This document shows, in pieces, positions 17,601 through 24,520 of a stretch of DNA of 64,000 bases (position 1 is the stretch's first letter; each line of letters starts with the position of its first letter). Below the pieces are notes generated by a model that worked only from the letters and a program-made list of their open reading frames with translations, did not search any database and was not told the DNA's origin. Position numbers and translations under genes: made by a program. The DNA comes from Patescibacteria group bacterium (lineage in GTDB: Bacteria; Patescibacteriota; Patescibacteriia; Patescibacteriales; UBA12465). The stretch covers positions 128,691 through 192,690 of the forward strand of contig JBAZTY010000001.1 of assembly GCA_041661685.1 (NCBI GenBank). The letters run 5' to 3'.

Positions 17601-18201
17601 TAACAAAGACATCAAGTTAAGCTTTACATCTGTTAAGGCTAAGTCTTCTTCCGGCGCTGAATATACTTCCGCCTCTACCAACGTAGATGCGAATTCATTC
17701 CGTGTCAGAAAGACTGTCCCGACTGTCGCTTTAGCTGCCTTACCGGCAACTTTATTGACCGCTGGTGATGCAGTTATTTCTAAGTTCACCGTTACTGCTG
17801 ATAGCAACGGCGATGTAACTTTGAAGAAGATTGTTCTTACTGTCGCTACCTCTACTGCCACTGTTACTCCTATGGCAGCTGGTACGGCCGTTAGAGTCAA
17901 TGGTTCCATGAAGGCTCTCGCTTCATCTACTTTAGTAGGAACCTTGATGACTCTCGACTTCGCAGATTCTGCGGTTGAAGTCATTTCTGCTGGTACTACC
18001 AAGACTTTCGAAGTCTATGGTAATATCTCCGGAACAATCGATACGGGTTCTTCCGTTTCAACCAAGATTTCTGAGCCTACTAGCTATACTGCAGCTAGCA
18101 GCTTTGAATGGTCTGACGGCGCCTCTGTATCCACTCCTACTTACTCTAATGGTTATAAGGTTCCTGGTGTAACCACCATGACCCAGACCATGTCTAAATA
18201 A
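14665..18201 (+). CDS. Large secreted cell-surface protein (1178 aa), candidate S-layer/surface-array protein built from repeated beta-sandwich-like modules
   Basis: Signal peptide MKKLRKFLTVSVMVLTVVFTSGALSINSAKA. Duplicated N-terminal module (GDLIKMAGNASVYYLGADGKRY / GSLVKNAGSASIYYYDGSSYR). Recurring LGKFT..A..D.V....I modules. T/S/A/V-rich, no Cys. Confidence 0.6.
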   Translation: MKKLRKFLTVSVMVLTVVFTSGALSINSAKAAASTGDLIKMAGNASVYYLGADGKRYVFPNSTTYFSWYSDFSGVVTIPAAELQSYPLGGNVTMRPGTKLVKITTDPKVYAVEPNGVLRGIQTEAQAAALYGTDWNKRVVDVPDAFFTNYTTGAALATGATPAGSLVKNAGSASIYYYDGSSYRSITNEAAMMANRFQMANVLTISNTITAGGNSISSAEFVNVAQGGNLGGTVITGSGLMVSLSASTPAAASVPQNGARVPMAKVNLTAANDGAVTVNSITVKRIGLSTYSQIDKVWAEKDGVIVASKKSMNSNDESILTFSPALTVNAGQTVSLDFIVSLTSASGNIGLGIASASAISATSASVTGSFPINSNLMSPTSYSVVNLGLTSTTTTATTVKVGDEKVELGKFTVDFNTLVGGTSASAAKDVTLKSIMIKNNGTEDLSSATMDLYLENAGNKVSVNTVVSDRYVTFYFPSTGFDVLKDDASKIFYIKGNIISKDIAGTGSLVFVLNKSTDLVGYEKATGFGVNVYNEITVGATAADAFAISTVDIDAGKLSVSKKSTSPSDTTIVKGTDNLMLLANVHADEAIVADGLKIKYTTGTAASTTDQFELVRVYLNGVLLDSFYPSVSTSSDLYATIDSTLNLVKGDNEVKVTAKAKTNATNGAAIKFVLDTTMFDGQNAEYVVSGNTVSTTDLGNMGSATGALFTVATAVLTTVKSDGYSDNKVIVQGSTDVSLGKFTLKATNDDIKVTSITLGANIGSTSATNINDMKLFVDGSQVGSTVDFGSTGSTFSSLNFTIAKDSTKAIELKGSFDSSATGTFQTLMTVNAQDAARGTAITSGNLATSTLFATASSGSLNVELGGNTPASAILASKATEQEVAQFKFTAVNDSADLTEINVINDSDASTPNTATSSADARIASIKLYDGATLIDSFVPVSGAGKFTISSGEVKIDANLSKTLSVKVVLNNIDNDVNATNKDIKLSFTSVKAKSSSGAEYTSASTNVDANSFRVRKTVPTVALAALPATLLTAGDAVISKFTVTADSNGDVTLKKIVLTVATSTATVTPMAAGTAVRVNGSMKALASSTLVGTLMTLDFADSAVEVISAGTTKTFEVYGNISGTIDTGSSVSTKISEPTSYTAASSFEWSDGASVSTPTYSNGYKVPGVTTMTQTMSK

Positions 18202-18233
18202 TTTAATTATTTAGAAATAGGTAAGTGAGTAAT

Positions 18234-18261
18234 AAAAGAGCCCCCGCAAGGGGGCTCTTTT
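18234..18261 (+). terminator. Strong intrinsic terminator after the surface-protein gene
   Basis: aaaagagccccc-GCAA-gggggctctttt. Confidence 0.9.
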
Positions 18262-18398
18262 AGTTGGGGAAAAGGGAATGGGTTTTTTGTATGGGCCTTC
18301 GGTGTCATTGAGCCGCTTTATTTAATATTTAATTTTCCTTTAACCCTATTTTGTTAGTATGGAACGATAGATAATTTAGCTATTGACTAATATCATAT

Positions 18399-18773
18399 AT
18401 GATATATAATGAAGAGTATAAAGTTAAGTTTTATCGCGATAGTAGGACAGGGAAGAGTCCCGTATACAAGTATATTTGGAGTTTGGATAAAAAATATCGT
18501 TCAAAGATTTATAAGTACATTAATTATCTTAGAGATAACGACGGATATTTAGATGAACCATATAGTCGCCATATCATTGATAAAATAAGAGAGCTAAGAG
18601 TTGATTTTGCTAACAATCATTATCGAATTTTTTATTTTATCTTCGTAGAAAAGAAAATTATTTTTTTACATGCTTATTTAAAAAAGACTGAGAAAGCGCC
18701 GAATAAAGAAATAGATACAGCTTTACGTAATTATTGTGATGTTATAAATAATCCTAGATTATATGAAAAATAA
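18399..18773 (+). CDS. Type II toxin, RelE/ParE superfamily (Gp49/HigB-like)
   Basis: KVKFYRDSRTGKSPVYKYI, IRELRVDFANNHYRIFYFIFVEKKIIFLHAYLKKTEKAP. Overlaps the downstream HTH gene by 11 nt. Confidence 0.75.
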   Translation: MIYNEEYKVKFYRDSRTGKSPVYKYIWSLDKKYRSKIYKYINYLRDNDGYLDEPYSRHIIDKIRELRVDFANNHYRIFYFIFVEKKIIFLHAYLKKTEKAPNKEIDTALRNYCDVINNPRLYEK

Positions 18774-19065
18774 AAAAAACATTCCCAAGGCAATCGATTT
18801 TGATGATGTATTGGCCAAAGAACTGAAAGATCCTGAGTTTAAGAAGCTTTTTGATGAATATGGCCGTCAGCTTGATATAGCTTATAATATTATTCAACTG
18901 CGTAAAGCCAAAAAAATGAGCCAGCTTGAATTGGCTCGAAAAATAGGCACGACTCAGAGTAATATTGCCAGGATTGAAGGCGGTCGCCAGAATTTTACTA
19001 TCAATCTTCTTCAGAAAGTAGCCGAAGCTTTGGATTCTAATCTAAAAGTAAGTTTTACCAATTAA
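18763..19065 (+). CDS. XRE-family helix-turn-helix antitoxin (HigA-like)
   Basis: LRKAKKMSQLELARKIGTTQSNIARIEGGRQNFTINLLQKVAEAL. Confidence 0.8.
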   Translation: MKNKKNIPKAIDFDDVLAKELKDPEFKKLFDEYGRQLDIAYNIIQLRKAKKMSQLELARKIGTTQSNIARIEGGRQNFTINLLQKVAEALDSNLKVSFTN

Positions 19066-19074
19066 AGGCGAATA

Positions 19075-19083
19075 TGCTATAAT
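19075..19083 (+). promoter_or_regulatory. Extended -10 promoter element TGcTATAAT
   Basis: tgctataat lies 33 nt upstream of the 19116 start. Confidence 0.45.
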
Positions 19084-19115
19084 ATAGGCAATGATAAATT
19101 AATTTTTTAAATTTT

Positions 19116-21266
19116 ATGTTCAGAGCGAATGTGACAAGATTATTATTCCTGATAGCCTTCTTATTCTTTCCGTGGCCGAGCCTGGCGGCCGGGACCGCCG
19201 TTTCCAGCAGCATCACTAATCCGGTCTGGACGACCGAGAATAGCCCCTATATAGTGAGCGGCACTATTGAAGTGACCAAAGGCGCGGTCCTGAAAATCGA
19301 AGCCGGAACCGAGATACGCTTTAATCCGGGCGCGAAGATTCTCGTCAGCGGAGAACTCCAGGTCTTAGGAACTACTGATAGTCCGGTGACTATGACTTTG
19401 GGATCATCCACTTCCAGCGCCAGCCTTTGGGACGGAATCGAATTTACGGCGGATGCGGTCGACGCGACGGTCAAGGACGGTCAATATGTTTCCGGCAGTA
19501 TTATCCGGAACGCAATCATCAAGTTCGGCCAAGGCATAAAATGCGATGACGCCAGCCCCTTCATCAGCGATAACCAGATAATGAATAACGCGACCGGCTT
19601 GGCGATTACCGGCGATAACGGTTATAACAGCGGGATAGTGGCTGTTTCCTCGACTGCTAATCCTAATGCCAGCATCGTCATTCCGATGTATGTCAAGAAT
19701 AATGTCTTTACCGATAATACAACTGCTATCTCTATCAACCGCAATAACGGCCAAAACTATATCGTCACTCCGGCCGGGTTATCCTATGTCGGCCAGCCGA
19801 TAATCACGGCGGTCATTGAGGGCAATTCTTTGAACAGCAATAGTGTCGGCCTTAATATCATGAACGGCGACAATAATGTGATTCTGAGCAATACTATCAA
19901 ATACAATTCGGTCGCCGGCGTCTTAGTGGCCGCGGCTAGCCATGCCAGCGTCTTCGAAAAGAATAATATCAGCAACAATGAGATCGGCCTTGATATCGCC
20001 GCGGCCGATACGATCCTCCTTCGGAACGCCATTAAGAATAATTTTAACTACGGCTTGCATCTTTCCGGCCGGCCGCATCTCTTCAGCCTGAATAATATCT
20101 ATAATAATAAGAATTATAATTTAGAGAATAACGTTTATAATCTCACGGCCGCCAATAATTATTGGGGAAGCATTGATGAGGCGGCTATCGAATCATCTTT
20201 TCTGAAGACGGTCGCGACCTCGACCGTCGCTTCGACCGCCAGCTCGACTGTCGATACCACGGTTTATCCGGTCATCTTTAAGCCTTTCTTGACGGCTGAG
20301 AGCAATATCTCTTTGACGGTAGCGCCGATTATTGACGCTTTCAGCACCACGACCGTCGCTGCTTCTATCGAATTATCGGGCATAAAGCCGATCGGCTCGA
20401 TCGTTTTCGTGAACGGCCAATCTGTCTTTACTGATCGCAATGCTTCCGTCTGGTCTTATCTGGTTAATCTGGAGCTCGGCGATAATAGCTTCTCCATTTT
20501 TTATCAGGATATTTCCGGCCAGCAGAGCGATCGGCTATCGGTCTATATCCGCCGCAATAACGGCTTGGCCGCGCCGACGATAACTTCTTCTTTAGGCACG
20601 ACTACGGCCGCTAGCTTAGCTATCAGCGGATCTAAATCGGCCGGAGCGAGCGTCTTGATAAACGGCCAGGAGGTCGTGCCGGCCGATAATTCGGAAACTT
20701 GGTCCTATACTATGAATTTATCTTTAGGATCAAATAGCTTGGAATTGATGGCCATGGACTCTAGCGGTCAATATAGCGCCGCTGTCAGCGCCAGCATCGT
20801 CCGGACTAAGGATACGGTCGCCGAGGTGATCGCGGCCGAAAAGAAGCTTGCTGGAAAGGTTGACGCCAAGTTAGCGGCCAGGCTGGCCGGACGCTTGCTC
20901 CTGCAGACTGAAACTAAGGGTTATATCTGGTATGTGAATCCGAAAGATAATAAGCGTTATTTCATCAGTCAGGACAGCGCTTTGAGTATTTTCCGGTCAT
21001 TAGCCTTGGGCATAACCGAAGCTAATCTTAATCTCATTCCGACTAAGGAGAGCGGCCAAAAGGGAAATGCCGCTTTGCGCAGCCGTTTGAAAGGGCGCCT
21101 GTTATTGCGCGCGGAAAAGGCCGGGCGGATAAGCTATATCGATCTCGATGGTTATCGCCATGATATTGAGTCGTCTAACCTGATGGATATTTTCCGTTCT
21201 CTGAGTTTGGGAATAACTAATACCAACTTAAGGAAGATAAGTATCGGCGAAGTTTCTGTAAAATAG
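19116..21266 (+). CDS. Secreted right-handed parallel beta-helix repeat protein with Ig-like modules and a duplicated C-terminal ~50-aa module
   Basis: Signal peptide. Repeated N-x-I/F-x-x-N turns (NNVFTDNTTAISI, GNSLNSNSVGLNI, KNNISNNEIGLDI). C-terminal pair GRLLLQTETKGYIWYVNPKDNKRYFI / GRLLLRAEKAGRISYIDLDGYRHDI. Confidence 0.65.
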   Translation: MFRANVTRLLFLIAFLFFPWPSLAAGTAVSSSITNPVWTTENSPYIVSGTIEVTKGAVLKIEAGTEIRFNPGAKILVSGELQVLGTTDSPVTMTLGSSTSSASLWDGIEFTADAVDATVKDGQYVSGSIIRNAIIKFGQGIKCDDASPFISDNQIMNNATGLAITGDNGYNSGIVAVSSTANPNASIVIPMYVKNNVFTDNTTAISINRNNGQNYIVTPAGLSYVGQPIITAVIEGNSLNSNSVGLNIMNGDNNVILSNTIKYNSVAGVLVAAASHASVFEKNNISNNEIGLDIAAADTILLRNAIKNNFNYGLHLSGRPHLFSLNNIYNNKNYNLENNVYNLTAANNYWGSIDEAAIESSFLKTVATSTVASTASSTVDTTVYPVIFKPFLTAESNISLTVAPIIDAFSTTTVAASIELSGIKPIGSIVFVNGQSVFTDRNASVWSYLVNLELGDNSFSIFYQDISGQQSDRLSVYIRRNNGLAAPTITSSLGTTTAASLAISGSKSAGASVLINGQEVVPADNSETWSYTMNLSLGSNSLELMAMDSSGQYSAAVSASIVRTKDTVAEVIAAEKKLAGKVDAKLAARLAGRLLLQTETKGYIWYVNPKDNKRYFISQDSALSIFRSLALGITEANLNLIPTKESGQKGNAALRSRLKGRLLLRAEKAGRISYIDLDGYRHDIESSNLMDIFRSLSLGITNTNLRKISIGEVSVK

Positions 21267-21286
21267 ATCATAATAAGTTAGAATCA

Positions 21287-21316
21287 TAAAAAGCCGAGCG
21301 CTAGCTCGGCTTTTTT
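21287..21316 (+). terminator. Intrinsic terminator
   Basis: aaaaagccgagc-gcta-gctcggctttttt. Confidence 0.85.
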
Positions 21317-21511
21317 GGTTGAAAAAAATATTGAAAAATCAAGCAAGCCTGATCAGCTTCAGTGGTCCAGAGAATAATAAAAAAATATTTAAGATTAGAG
21401 AAATATTAAGGTTTCTAGATTTTATAAAAATTTTATTTTCTATTTTTAGAAGGAGCTTTTTATCTATTAATATTTGGCTGATATTAGCTATTTGTGCCGC
21501 TATTGCGTCAA

Positions 21512-21520
21512 TGTTATAAT
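21512..21520 (+). promoter_or_regulatory. Extended -10 promoter element TGtTATAAT
   Basis: tgttataat upstream of the KLD-repeat ORF. Its position argues that the ORF-track start at 21494 is too early. Confidence 0.4.
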
Positions 21521-21574
21521 ATTTTTTGCCTCGAAAAGTTAGGAGGTTTAAAAATAATTGCCAGAGTCAGGAGA

Positions 21575-21931
21575 ATGCCAGCGAACGGGCTTTCTTGGGA
21601 CGGGCCAAAAAATATGGCGTTAATGTTGGCGGAAATGACATTTCATGAGTTTGATATTTATTTTGATAAGAAGCTTGATAGCAAGCTTGATGAGAAATTA
21701 GATCAGAAGTTTGACGAGAAGCTGAAAGGCTTTTCCACGAAAGATGACCTTGACGAGGGGCTGAAAGGAGTAGAGGAAAGATTAAATACTAAGTTAGATA
21801 AGATTGAAAAGAAGCTTGAGTTTAAGATCGACCAGATCGACTATAAGCTAGACACCTCTTTTGATACTCTTAATGATAAGATAGATGCGAATATCTTCAT
21901 GCGCTCTAAGAAATTAGAATTCAGAGCTTGA
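21575..21931 (+). CDS. Small coiled-coil protein with KLD-x-K heptad-like repeats (start uncertain)
   Basis: DKKLDSKLDEKLDQKFDEKLKG...LNTKLDKIEKKLEFKIDQIDYKLDTSFDTLNDKID. The ATG at 21575 lies downstream of the predicted promoter; 21614 is an alternative. Confidence 0.4.
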   Translation: MPANGLSWDGPKNMALMLAEMTFHEFDIYFDKKLDSKLDEKLDQKFDEKLKGFSTKDDLDEGLKGVEERLNTKLDKIEKKLEFKIDQIDYKLDTSFDTLNDKIDANIFMRSKKLEFRA

Positions 21932-21980
21932 CGAAATCATATTTTTTATTATTTAGCCGTCGACATTCTATCGGCGGCTA

Positions 21981-21989
21981 TGTTATAAT
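21981..21989 (+). promoter_or_regulatory. Extended -10 promoter element TGtTATAAT
   Basis: tgttataat lies 30 nt upstream of the 22019 start. Confidence 0.45.
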
Positions 21990-22018
21990 AAAAGCGTTTT
22001 TATTAATATAAAATAAAT

Positions 22019-24310
22019 ATGCCCGCGAAAACCTATTTAAGAATCCTGCAAGGCGGATTGATTGCCTCGCTCCTGATCGTTTTTTTCGTTTTTAAGGATC
22101 TGCTGTTTCCTTATATCACTTCGAAGCAGCTATCGTTCAACGTCCTGATGGAGTTCTTGCTAGCTATCTGGCTGGTCTTCGTGATGCGCTTTCCCGAATA
22201 TCGTCCGAAGAAGAATCTGATTATTTATGGGCTAATGGCTTATTTTGTGGCTATTGTCGCTTCTTGCGTCATCAGCGTCGACCCTATTCTTAGTTTCTGG
22301 GGTGATTCTGAGCGCATGCTCGGCTTCTTCCATATCCTTCACTTTTTCATCTTTTATTTGATTTTGGTGACTGTTTTTAAGACCTGGAAGGAATGGCAAG
22401 CTTTACTCTTCTCCTCGATAGTCATCGCGCCGATAGTCGCGCTGATCGGTTTATTCGGTGAGACTTCTTATAGTACTATTGGTAACACCGCTTATGTCAG
22501 CGGCTACTTGATATTTAATATCTTCTTCTGCGTCATCCTTTTTCTCCGCAGCGAATATAAGGGCTGGCGCTGGCTTTACGCCCTTCCGGTCATAATTATG
22601 TTACTGGAGTTCTGGAATTGTCATACCTCGGGAGCGATTATCGGTCTCGCTATCAGTATCTTATTAACCGTATTCCTGTTAGGCCTATTCCATCAGAATA
22701 AGGCCCTGCGCCGTTCTTCGCTCATCGTTTTTGTTCTAGCGGTCGCCGGCGTTATCATTATTTTCTCTCAGAGCGACAAAGCCTGGTTTCAGAACAGTTT
22801 TTTAAGAAATCTAACTTCTCAGAAAGTGACTTTTCAAACCCGCTTGATTTCCTGGAAGGGGGCGGCTGCTGATTTTAAAAATCATCGTCTTTTTGGTACT
22901 GGTTTTGGCAATTATGCGATCATTTTTGATAAGCATTTCGATTCTAAATTCCTGAGCTATACGCGGACGGAAACCTATTTTGACAGAGCGCATAATAATA
23001 TTATCGATATTACCTCCACGACCGGTTTATTCGGTCTGATCACGTATCTGAGCATCTTTGTCGCGGCTTTGTATTACTTATGGAAAAAGTTCCAAGCGAA
23101 CGGGAAGCGTATCGGCCTAGATGATGAACCTGGTCGTCAGAATTTGGAAATAATCGTCATTGTCGCCCTCTTGGCCGCTTATTTCATTCAGAATCTGGCC
23201 GTCTTTGATTCTTTCGTCACCTATATCGGCTTAATGATGATTCTCGGCTTTATTTATTGGCTTTATTTCGGCGAAGAATCGTCTTTAGCGGAGGGCGGGA
23301 CTTCTAGGAAATATTTGACCATGAATCGCGATTGGGAATGGGTCGCTCTTATCATTTTGATTATTGGCGCCTATATTTTCACTAGTCAATATAATCTGAA
23401 GCCTTGGCGCATGTTCAAGGGCGTTATTAATGGCTATAGCTATGTCGCTCAAGGAGAGTTGTCTGGAGGCGTCGCTCAGTATCGCCAGACTCTGACAGGA
23501 ACCCCTTTGGATAGGGATGGCCGCGGGACGCTGATTAACTTAGTTACTATGAATCCCGATCTCTTAAAGGCAGTATCGGCCACCGAAGCGCAAGATATCC
23601 TGGATTATACGATTTCTCTGGCTCAGAAGAATGTCGACGAGAGCCCTCTTGATAGCCTGACTCAGATGCAAATGGCTCAAGTATTAGATACAGCCGCTCG
23701 ATATTATATAAAAGACCTGGTTAAATTTAATTATTATTCCGCCTTGGCGCTGCAGGCGATGGAGAAATCGATTGAGGCCAGCCCGAAACGCGCTACTGTC
23801 TATCTTACTAAAGCGCAGATGCTCTTAGCGCGCGGTGAACAGAAAGAGGCTATCGAAACAGTTAATTACGCTATCAGCCTGAACCCGGAATATCCGGAAG
23901 GATATTGCCGTTTGGCCCAGTTCTATCTTTTCTTAAAGGACCAGCCCAATAGCGGCGTCACGGAAAAGGACATGGCCGAGCCGATGACTAAATGCGCGGA
24001 ACTCGACGGTCTCAAGGATATTAATTCCGGCCAGTTATTGGTCGAGGCGATAAATTATTTTGCCGGCGAACCGGATTACCCTAACGCCCTGAAGGCGGCG
24101 GAGAGGTTGGCGACCTTATATGATACGGACGCGCAGATTTGGTTTAATTTGGCGAAGCTCTATACGATCTCCGGAGATACCGCTAAGGCGGGAGCGGCCG
24201 CGGCCAAAGCTATTAGCTTAGATCCGGCGCTTGATGCGGGCTGGAATTCTTTCTTGGATTTACTGAGCAAGCAAGCTCTCAAAGCTTCTTCTAGCAGCCT
24301 AAATAAATAA
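22019..24310 (+). CDS. O-antigen ligase/polymerase-like (Wzy_C) polytopic membrane protein fused to C-terminal TPR repeats
   Basis: More than 10 TM helices, with HNNIIDITSTTGLFGL in the characteristic loop. C-terminal TPR-like AIETVNYAISLNPEYPEGYCRLAQFY and WFNLAKLYTISGDTAKAGAAAAKAISLDP. Confidence 0.7.
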   Translation: MPAKTYLRILQGGLIASLLIVFFVFKDLLFPYITSKQLSFNVLMEFLLAIWLVFVMRFPEYRPKKNLIIYGLMAYFVAIVASCVISVDPILSFWGDSERMLGFFHILHFFIFYLILVTVFKTWKEWQALLFSSIVIAPIVALIGLFGETSYSTIGNTAYVSGYLIFNIFFCVILFLRSEYKGWRWLYALPVIIMLLEFWNCHTSGAIIGLAISILLTVFLLGLFHQNKALRRSSLIVFVLAVAGVIIIFSQSDKAWFQNSFLRNLTSQKVTFQTRLISWKGAAADFKNHRLFGTGFGNYAIIFDKHFDSKFLSYTRTETYFDRAHNNIIDITSTTGLFGLITYLSIFVAALYYLWKKFQANGKRIGLDDEPGRQNLEIIVIVALLAAYFIQNLAVFDSFVTYIGLMMILGFIYWLYFGEESSLAEGGTSRKYLTMNRDWEWVALIILIIGAYIFTSQYNLKPWRMFKGVINGYSYVAQGELSGGVAQYRQTLTGTPLDRDGRGTLINLVTMNPDLLKAVSATEAQDILDYTISLAQKNVDESPLDSLTQMQMAQVLDTAARYYIKDLVKFNYYSALALQAMEKSIEASPKRATVYLTKAQMLLARGEQKEAIETVNYAISLNPEYPEGYCRLAQFYLFLKDQPNSGVTEKDMAEPMTKCAELDGLKDINSGQLLVEAINYFAGEPDYPNALKAAERLATLYDTDAQIWFNLAKLYTISGDTAKAGAAAAKAISLDPALDAGWNSFLDLLSKQALKASSSSLNK

Positions 24311-24358
24311 AGGAGAAAAGAGCGCAATTGAAAATAAAAAGTTAAAATATTTTTTTAC

Positions 24359-24386
24359 AAAAATCAGACCCTAGGGTCTGATTTTT
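24359..24386 (+). terminator. Intrinsic terminator
   Basis: aaaaatcagacc-ctag-ggtctgattttt. Confidence 0.85.
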
Positions 24387-24479
24387 GGTTTGGCAAAAAA
24401 TCCTGGATTAATGTGGTTTTTTAGTTTTTTAGGATAGAGAATGTTTCAGATAAAATTTAAGAGTCCATCATGGTCATTT

Positions 24480-24488
24480 TGTTATAGT
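24480..24488 (+). promoter_or_regulatory. Extended -10-like element TGtTATAGT
   Basis: tgttatagt lies 33 nt upstream of the 24521 start. Confidence 0.35.
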
Positions 24489-24520
24489 AGAGGGGCTAAA
24501 TAATTAATGCCAACAAAAAT

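Noticed and set aside
17316-18002. A 228-aa ORF antisense to the 1178-aa surface-protein gene, along with other antisense ORFs at 15534, 16260 and 16833.
   Set aside because: The sense gene has a signal peptide, modular repeats and a terminator. The antisense frames stay open only because the biased GCT/ACT/GTT codon usage avoids reverse-complement stops.
21319-21519. A 66-aa TTG-initiated ORF.
   Set aside because: It is an AT-rich spacer between a terminator and a promoter, and the ORF ends over the predicted TGtTATAAT element. Its composition is low-complexity Ile/Leu/Phe/Lys, typical of random AT-rich DNA.
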